A stretch of 64,000 bases of DNA from Vitrella brassicaformis CCMP3155. Lineage: Eukaryota; Protista; Chromerida. A program made the translations under genes and the position numbers. This document shows, one piece after another, positions 55,301 to 64,000 of this stretch. The stretch lies in the NCBI GenBank assembly GCA_001179505.1, contig CDMY01000434.1, positions 1 through 64,000 of the forward strand, in the 5' to 3' direction. The notes below the pieces were generated by a model, which ran no database searches, was not told where the DNA came from, and saw only the letters and a list, made by a program, of their open reading frames with translations. Position 1 is the first letter of the stretch, and every line of letters begins with the position of its first letter.

Positions 55301-57638
55301 CGGTTGTGCGAACGGGTTGATACCTTTGAGTTGACCGATGGACTTGCGCGCGTCGCCCCAGAAGAGCCTGTGGTTGAGGTTGATCAGCGGCACCGCGCCC
55401 ATCGCGCCGAACCAGTCCACCCCCCGCCCTGCGCCCAACACACAGACACAGAGGCGTTCACCTCAATCCCCATCTCTCTCTCTCTCTCTCTGTCTCTTTC
55501 TGTTTGTGTGTGTGTGTGTGGCTAAGAGTGGCTGGCCGGCTGACCGGCCTGCGGTCGGTCGAACCCCTCTCTGCGCATGATGCGTCTAAGCCGCAGCACA
55601 AACTGCCCCACGCGTACGCGGATTGGCTTCTCGTGCCCGTTGGCCACCTCACAACCCACAAGCATCTCCTACACACACACACACACACACACATCATGAT
55701 GTGCATACGAGGGTGTCCGCGTGTCGCCTCTGTCTCTGTCTCTGTGAACGACTCACTCACCCGGACAGCCTGCGGGACGAAGCCAACGGTCTCTGGTATG
55801 AGATTGACGCGGCTTCCCCCTCCAGCCGATGCGCCCGCCCCCCCGCCCACACCGCCCCCCCCGGCACCACCGGAACCGCCCAGAATGGCCNNNNNNNNNN
55901 NNNNNNNNNNNNNNNNNNNNNNNNNNNNNNNNNNNNNNNNNNNNNNNNNNNNNNNNNNNNNNNNNNNNNNNNNNNNNNNNNNNNNNNNNNNNNNNNNNNN
56001 NNNNNNNNNNNNNNNNNNNNNNNNNNNNNNNNNNNNNNNNNNNNNNNNNNNNNNNNNNNNNNNNNNNNNNNNNNNNNNNNNNNNNNNNNNNNNNNNNNNN
56101 NNNNNNNNNNNNNNNNNNNNNNNNNNNNNNNNNNNNNNNNNNNNNNNNNNNNNNNNNNNNNNNNNNNNNNNNNNNNNNNNNNNNNNNNNNGCATGGCCCG
56201 TCTCATCGCCTGTGCCATGAGCTTCTTCTGCCTCTCGTGCTCGTGCTGCACCGCCCGCCACTCGACCTCCTTCCACCGCTCGGTGATGGTGCGGCGGACG
56301 TAGTAGGCGCCCTCGTGGGGGTCGCGGATGTCGAAGGACGGGACCGCTATGGGGTAGAAAAGCTTGTCGTCGCAGTTGCGGACGACGCAGACGGGCTCCC
56401 CTTCCTTGGCGAACTCGGACTGGGAAGAGCGCCAGACCACCTCGCCCTCGATCAGAGATTTCAATGACTGGTGGGGGAAGACACACCCACACACACAGAG
56501 AGGGAGAGAGAGAGAGAGAGAGTGGTGGTGAAGGGGTGGTGGTCTTGTGGTAGGGTGGGTTGGGTTACAATCATGGTAAACGACTCGCGCAGGATCCTCC
56601 GGTCGCTCGGGTCGCGGATTAACATCTGACACCACACAGACAGACAGACAGACAGACATAGAAAGCCGTCCACCCACCCCTAGACGCCACANNNNNNNNN
56701 NNNNNNNNNNNNNNNNNNNNNNNNNNNNNNNNNNNNNNNNNNNNNNNNNNNNNNNNNNNNNNNNNNNNNNNNNNNNNNNNNNNNNNNNNNNNNNNNNNNN
56801 NNNNNNNNNNNNNNNNNNNNNNNNNNNNNNNNNNNNNNNNNNNNNNNNNNNNNNNNNNNNNNNNNNNNNNNNNNNNNNNNNNNNNNNNNNNNNNNNNNNN
56901 NNNNNNNNNNNNNNNNNNNNNNNNNNNNNNNNNNNNNNNNNNNNNNNNNNNNNNNNNNNNNNNNNNNNNNNNNNNNNNNNNNNNNNNNNNNCCTGCAGCC
57001 GTGCCACAATGTGCGACCCCGGTATCCGGTCAGAAATGACGTGCCCCACCGGCCTGACGAAGGTCCGGTTGAACTCCCACTCATAGAACCCCAGCGACTT
57101 GGAGGCCACCATGGGCCTGTGGCTGGGGGTCCCTGCCGACGTCCGCATCCAGTCGGGGACGTGGATGTCCCGCACCGACGACCGCCGATAGCCCCCACCC
57201 AGGCCCCGCAGCGCCCGGCTCACGAGAGACGACCCGCTTCTCTCAGAAGCACTGTCTTTGTCAGCACCAGAGGCCGGCCTGATGGATGGATGGAATAAAT
57301 GGGAAAGAAAGAGAGAGAGATGCAATGAAAGTGTCCTCTGTGCCCGCCATGCCGTACCATCTGTCATTGGCGACGTTTTGGTCGAGTATGGCAGCGGCCG
57401 ACATGAAAGGGTCGACGGGCGGGCCGCCCTGCAGCTGAGCGGTGGCGGGCGCGGGCCTGCTGGCGTTGGGTGCGGGCTGAGGGGAGGGCGCGGGGTACTG
57501 GCCGTATCTTGTGGGGTCGATCGGCTCGTCCTCGGGATCTGGCGCCGAGTGTCCATAACCGTAGTCATTGGGGTTCACCTGCACACAGACAGAGACAGAG
57601 ATGCATGGGTGTGTTGTGTTGTTCTTGTGCTGTGGCGG

Positions 57639-57670
<32 letters not shown>

Positions 57671-60600
57671 CCCTTACCCTGAGTATAGGGTTCTCGAAAG
57701 GAGTGTCGGCTTCAAGCGGGTTGTTGGCGTAGAAGTCGCCCGCGTTGAAGTAGAACGTCTCGGTGCGGCCCAGATCGTCCTGTGTGTCAGTCACATCACA
57801 CACCACACACCAGACACAGACACATCAATCGAGAGCCACCATACGATATGGATTGGTTGGGTGGTACCCACCTACCGTGATGAAGAATATGTCCTGGTCC
57901 CTCAGGTGCCTCCCAATGAAGATGTCTTCATCGTACATGAGCTCGCCCTCCATCTCACTAAACACATCCACCGTCACCTCATAGGTGCTCACCGCCCGCT
58001 TGACCCTCAGCCTCGACAGGCGACTCCCCCCCGCCCCCCGCACCACCCTCACCCCCTCCCCTCCCCCTCCCCCGCCCTCTCTCACGTCGCCCGCCATCAC
58101 GGCAGCCCGTTTCTCGGGCACCACAGGCAAGCCCGCCTTCTTGCCGGTGAAGAAGCAGAGATCCTCCAGAGTGCCGCCTTCTTTGGCATGGTGAAGGTAC
58201 CCCTGCAGTGGGAGGGAGAGGGTGCCGAGGTCCTTGGTGCCGCGGAGGATGGTCCAGGTGTCGGTGCGGAAGCGGAAGGTGACGTCTGGGAGGATGGCGT
58301 GGGGCTGGCTCGTTGTGGGGTCGACCAGGTAGGGGAGGGGGGGCGACCGGAACGGCGGGAGGTCCAGCCGCAGACCTGACAGACAGACACGCAGAAGGGA
58401 TGAGGGTGGGAGGCATCCATCCCTCCCTCCTTCGATGTGGACCATCTCACCCAGGAATCGGTGTGGCGACGGGATGATCACAGGGTCGTTCGCGCCGCCG
58501 CCCATGCGGCTGACGTTGCTGCTCGACACGATCGACGGCCCACCGCCCCCGCCTCGTGCGCCAGGGGGCGAGAAGAGCTGCAGCTCGTCGAGGTTGTCGA
58601 GGGTCTCGGTGTGGCCGAGAGCCAGCCTGCGGAACTTGGTTTTGAACTCCCTGAACTCGTCTCGCGTTGGGGGGTCGGTCTTGATCTGCAGCTCAGGCAG
58701 CTGGGTCTCGTCCATGCCCACCTCTGTCTCGCCGCACCACGTCGACACGAGCAGCCTGCATTAGCAAATGGACGAATGGATGGATGGAGGAGGAGTGAGT
58801 GTGTGTGTGGGGGTGGGTCGCTTAGCTTACTTGGGTCGAGTCGGCGCCTGGTCATCCGGCACCCGCCGGACGCCCAGCAGGTCCAGCCGGAAGCGATAGT
58901 ACCTGTCCTCCTCACCCATAGTAATCGGCCGCACGGCGTACTCACAGTCGACCCCTTTCCTCCTTTTCTTCCCCCTCTCCCTCTGCCTCTCCTTCTCCCT
59001 CCTGGCACCATCCTGCTGCCCAGGCCCAATGCACGAGTAACCCAGCGCACAGAGGATCTTGGTCCTCTGGCGCCATGCCGGCCTGTCCGCCGCAGAGAGG
59101 TCCAGGGGTGGCTCGTCGGTGAAGAGGTACCACATGGGTCTGTGGGCTGAGTTGAGGTGCCGGTCGCGGAGGCCGGGGTGGAGGGCGGCGTCGGCATACG
59201 AGCTGGCCTCGGTGTCCAGCACGTTGGGCGTCCACTCCACCGTCTGCAAGGGACACCACACCACACCACACCGACACAACAGAGATAGATGCCTCCATGC
59301 CTCTCCCTCCCTCCCTCCCTCCCTCCCTCTCTGCCTCACACCCACCTGGCCGATCTTCTCGAATGATTCTACGAATCCGACATCCCTGTCCTTCAGCTGC
59401 AGCACCACCGGTGGCAACGGCAGCGAGCAGTCAACCAAACAGGATGACGGCACCCCGCCCGCACCACCAGTGGCAGCACCACCACGGGCCCTAACGGGGC
59501 TGGGATTGGGGGGGATGTAGACAGAGATGGGGACTGCCGTGCGGTGGAGGAAGGACGGGTTCATGGACTTGGGTATCTGGTCTCGAGCGGGCCAGACGGT
59601 CTTGTCCTCGACGAGGATCTCCCACATGGGGTCGACCAGGCCGTCCTCGTCCATGGGGGGGATGTTCCGGCCCTGCCACACACACACACACACACACAGG
59701 GAGAGAGATGCACACATAAGAGTGAGTGATTGATTGCCACACATGGATGGAGAAGTGTCTGTTACCGTTACCTGAAGGATGTCGGCGTGGAGCCAGACCT
59801 CTTTCACCGCCTCCCTGGCCTCCCTCTCGTGGTAGATGGGCAGCATCCCGCCCTCGTCCTCCTCAACCACACCACCACTACCACGAGCCCCACCTCCCGC
59901 ACCAGAAGCAGAAGGCACGAACATGCCACACAGCGGAGGGCCGTGGCCCGGGGCCGCCTTGGCGCCGTTGTCCTGCTGCTGCTGCTCGCGGTCGTGGTCG
60001 TGTTGGCCATGCTCATGCTCGTCCTCGTTCCACTGGTCGTCTGAGGCCTTGTCGATGTCGGCGTCGTCGAAGTAGGCCCGGCCCTCCTCTAGAGAGAGGG
60101 CGGCTGGGCGGGGGAGCCCCACTGCTGCTGCTGCTCGGCGATGCTGAGCGACGGATGGGAAACACACAAAGAGAGACAAGTGCTCCACCCCCCCTTCCAT
60201 TCACCCCCCCCTCGCACCCACACACCTGCTCTCTCTGCGCAATGGTCTTGAGAGGCACCAGCCGGGCCCACCCCAACACACACCCCGCGAAGTTGCTCTG
60301 GATGGCGCTCTCGGGCGTGGCCACGACGCTCTGGTCCCAGTGCAGCCGACACCACCTGGGCGACGGCGAGCCGTCACTCATCAGAGGACCGTACTGGCCG
60401 CCCGACTGCGCACGGCGGACATTGAAGTCATCGCCGTCATCTCCGCGGAGGGAGCCGATGTCAGACTGGCGGTCCTCCTCCTCTTCGTCGACATTAGACT
60501 CGTGGTCCGAGTCGAACGCTGCGGATGACGAGCGGCGCTTCCTCGACTTGCGGTCTGCGAGAGAAAGAGAGAAGAATAATATGCGGGGGTGGCTTTGTCT

Positions 60601-61873
60601 GTCTGTCTGTCTGTGTGTGTGTGTGTATGTGTGTGTCGTGGGTGTTTGTCGGGGGTGCTGGGAGGGGGGAGGGTTCATCAACCATACCGTGGAGGTCGAG
60701 TCGAGCGAAGATCTTGGGCGGCTGCCACTCCTGGCCACGCACCTGACCACACACACACACAAAGAGATACAGCTACAGCTACATGGCTGCGCCATGGTGC
60801 GGTGCTGTGAGCACTTTCCACTCCACCGACCCACCTACCTTGATGTAGATGTAGACGTACTGCACCTGGGGCAGCACGGTGAGGTCGCGCGACACCCGCT
60901 GCACCCACGCGATCCTGTCCCCAAACGGGTCGCCCGTCGGCTGCTCCCACAACTCAGAATCGTCAAACACGCTGCTGCCGTCCTCGCCGTCCTCACCCTC
61001 ACCATCCTCATCTTCGTCACTCTCTTTGTCCGTCTCCTGCCCCCCCGCAGCAGCAGCAGCAGCAGCGACTTGCTCAGGCGTGTCAGGGGCGTCCATCGCA
61101 CTGCGTGCTGTGTCCACAGGGGCCGATCGGGACCTGTGTGTGGCCGGGCTCGCCACACGAGCGGTGTCAGGGGGCCGGGAGGGAGGGGAGACAGAGGGGG
61201 AGGAGGGCGATGGGGAGACGGAGGAGGCCCCCGCACCACCAAAGATGCTCAGGCGGCCGAAGGTGTCGGCGAAGGACGACCGGCGGCCGCGTTGTTGGGC
61301 TTGCTTGGCGCGTTCCTGGGCCTGTCTGCGCTTGGTCCGGTCCTGGATGAACTGCTTGTGCCGTTTGGCGCGCTCCGCCTCGCGGGCGGCGTTGGCCTCC
61401 ACTGCGGCCTTGACGTCGTCGGTCGAGTAGAAACGGAGCACACCTAACCACCCCACATGACACGGGAGAGGAAGGTGTGACAGGCGCGAAGCGCGAAGTT
61501 CTTCCTGACGGTGTTGTGTTACCGTGTTGGTTGACTCTCCCAGGGAAGGTGAGGATGTCGCCGGTCATGTCAGCCGGGTCGTACTCCCCCAGGTCGCCCT
61601 CCTCGCTCTCCACCCACAGCTGCCCCTTCTGCGTGCGGCGCATCGACCGCTCGAGCATCCTCTCGAACTGTGTCTTCTTCTTGGGCATGGCGTGGGGCTT
61701 GGGAATGGCGCACCCGGCCACCTGCACCGTCACGAGCACCTCCTGGCCGCGAAAGGCGGGGTCCGTTATGTACAGGCCGCGGAAGAGGCGCACCTCCAGA
61801 CGCATCGGGGTGGTGTCCTGGTGGACAGAGAGACAGAAACGAGTACATGGATGGATAGATGGTCGGCGACTCT

Positions 61874-61908
<35 letters not shown>

Positions 61909-64000
61909 TGCGTGTGTGTGTGTGTGTGTGTGAATGGCACATCGGTGGGGGGCCAGTTGCGCTTCCTGGATGGCCGTCGAGTGTCCCATGAGAGGCAGAG
62001 GGATCCCCTGTAGGTGGACGGCGGGACGATGCCGCCCCGGATCATGGCCAGCTCGTGGTCGGGGCGGGAGGAGTGCACGCAGCCCCCATACAGATGGTAC
62101 CATTGCTGCACGGAGGCAGGGGAGGGAGAGGGTGGGGGTGGGGGTGGTTCTCTTTGTGAGTGTGTGTATGTGTGGTGTGTGGTGTGTTGTGTGTGGTGTG
62201 TGGTGTAGTGTGGTTACGCGTTTGTTTGGCCTGATTGACCAGAGCGCGAGGGACCCGATCAGCTCCTCCATCTTCATCGGGCCCATCGAGTCGTCATCCA
62301 ACAGGTCTATCTGCTCAAACAGACAAACCCACCACATGCTTCCACGATGCCTGCCTGTCTGGCTCCCTCCGTCACTCAGCTCGTTCCTTACCTCAATCTT
62401 GGTCCGCTGCTCCCCTCTAATCTGTATCTGGATGGGCTGCCAGGCGACCCTCCGCTGCATCTTGACCAAGCGGGCGGTCTCGGCGCGGTCGCGACCGATC
62501 GACACACTGACGAATGGATAGCGAACACACACATGGATGCGCTGTGTGCGTGTGTGGGGTGGGGGAAGAGGGGGAGGGGGAGGGGGAGGGGAAGGGGGGG
62601 AGCACCCACCCACTCTGACGCTTACCGGAGGAAAGGGTCGCACAGCCGGCCGACCATGGTCTTGCTCCAGGCCTTGTCCATCTCGGGCAGATTGTCAGCT
62701 GACACCCACACACACCCACACCCACACCCACACACACATGTGTGTGTGCTTGTGTGGTGGTGGTGAGTGTTGGCTGGCTGGCTGCCAGACTGACTGACTG
62801 ACCGTAGGCGTAGAGCCAGAAGGGTTTGGGTGCGGAGCCCTTGCCCCCCGCCCACACCCCTTTGCTCCGGGGCGGGGCCTTGATGTCGTAGACGTACTTA
62901 TGCGGGCCGTCCTCAGACACGTACAGGTCAATCTGATTTTAAGACCGATCGGACCGACAGACGTGTCGATGGATAGGTGACGACATCTGATCTGGATGGG
63001 TGAACGGTCACGTCTGTGACGTACCATGAGCTGGGCAGATCCCCTCTCGTGGATGCGGTCGAAGGCCACGCCGACCATCGCACGGACCTCTTTGCTCTCC
63101 TCTGATGTGATCACCGACATACCACATTTGCCACACACACCACACCACACCCTCTCAGCCGTCGGCTCACCGAGTTCCGCCTCGACCACGTCGAGTGTGT
63201 CCTCCCAAGCGCCCAGCAGCTGCAGCAGCGGCGTCTCGCGCACCCCAATGCCGCCCTGGTGCTCCTTATCGTCAAGCCAGTTTGTCCACTCCACCCTCTC
63301 CTGGCTCCCAACGCTGTACCGACGGCTGTCGGAGCGTGTCTTGTCACCACCCTGCTGCTGTTGGTGGAGGGAGGCCAGCCGGTCTGGCGGGGAGAGAGGC
63401 ATCGGGGGCGACTCGAGATCGAGGTTGAGGCCGCCGGCTGATGCTGCTGCTGGGTCGGCTTCTTCTTCTGCAAACAGAGAGAGAGAGGGGAGCAGAGAGA
63501 GAGAGAGAGAGGGAGAGGGACGTCCACCTCTGTGTGTGTGTGTGTGTGTGTTCGGGGAGGGGAGGGGAGGGGAGGGGAGGGGGGGGCTACCCACCTGGCA
63601 TCGTCACCGTGTGGGCGAGACCACCCCCACCACCCCCACGGGCGGCGTTGTCGGCCTTGATGCTGAGCAAGGACCACTTGAACTTGCGCATCTGCTTCCT
63701 CTCCTCATGTTTGATCTTCTTGAGCTCTTGGGCGTGGTCCCGCATCCGCTGCCGCTCCTCCTGCCGCCGCTGTCGCTCCAGGAACTGGGCCTCGCGACGA
63801 CGCTCACGGGTACACTGGTCCAGAAGGGCTGGAGACATGCAGAGATCCACAGAGAGAGGGAGAGAGGGAGAGAGGGAGGGAGAGAGAGAGATTGGGGGGC
63901 GGGAGAAGGGGTGATGTGTGTGCGCGTGCCTTCTGATGCGGTGAGTATTTCGACTCTGAGTTTGTATGAGAGCAGCCGGGCGCGGTCGGCGTCGAACTCA
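52354..64000 (-). CDS. Ferlin (multi-C2, C-terminal TM), 3' portion; 5' end outside window; spans two gaps
   Basis: C2 modules: RLCDPF|VSVSIG..IDLLDDD; WYHLYGG..PSTYRGSL; GRNIPPMDEDGLVDPMWEI..PPVVLQLKDRD; LYVLSARNL..ELRVRVFDRRAMGEELIGEARIDVEDRW; TDVHKFAQDMANFNYRILFP (ferlin TDVH..NFN.R motif); C-terminal TM IILITFCAFIALVIAQLIAV. Confidence 0.9.
55891..56190. other. Assembly gap (300 N), apparently within or next to a ferlin exon
   Basis: N run flanked by open coding frames (..AQAMRRAM / AILGGSGGAG..). Confidence 0.9.
56692..56991. other. Assembly gap (300 N) within the ferlin locus
   Basis: N run. Confidence 0.95.

Overview
Eukaryotic nuclear DNA: GC-rich, gene-dense and intron-rich, with introns full of (CA/TG)n, (GACA)n, (CCAT)n, (GGCA)n and (GA)n microsatellites. 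The style and gene content suggest an alveolate, most likely a chromerid such as Vitrella (inference, not verified). About 18 spliced genes can be assembled by eye: a HECT E3 ligase 3' end, a lineage-specific hypothetical, a FAF2/Ubx2-like UBX protein, a hypothetical, a signal-peptide/TM/C2 protein, a PKD2-like TRP channel, an FtsH/YME1 i-AAA protease, an ANTH-domain + TKL kinase fusion, a BTB/KCTD protein, a UVR+SnoaL protein, a small hypothetical, Sec61-beta, an O6-alkylguanine-DNA alkyltransferase (MGMT/Ogt), a hypothetical, a SWR1/SRCAP remodeler, eIF3L, an ELMO-domain protein and the 3' part of a ferlin. There are five 300-N placeholder gaps. No tRNA, rRNA, CRISPR or intact mobile element was recognised. 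The top finding is the MGMT gene: after splicing, an in-frame TGA sits exactly at the catalytic Cys of the PCHRV motif (P-TGA-HRVV) and homology continues downstream, making it a candidate selenocysteine DNA-repair protein; I could not confirm a canonical SECIS. Other highlights are introns with complementary AC-rich 5' and GU-rich 3' repeats, the ANTH-kinase fusion, a CW zinc finger inside SWR1, and seven tight head-to-head gene pairs. Exon coordinates were read manually and may be off by a few bases.
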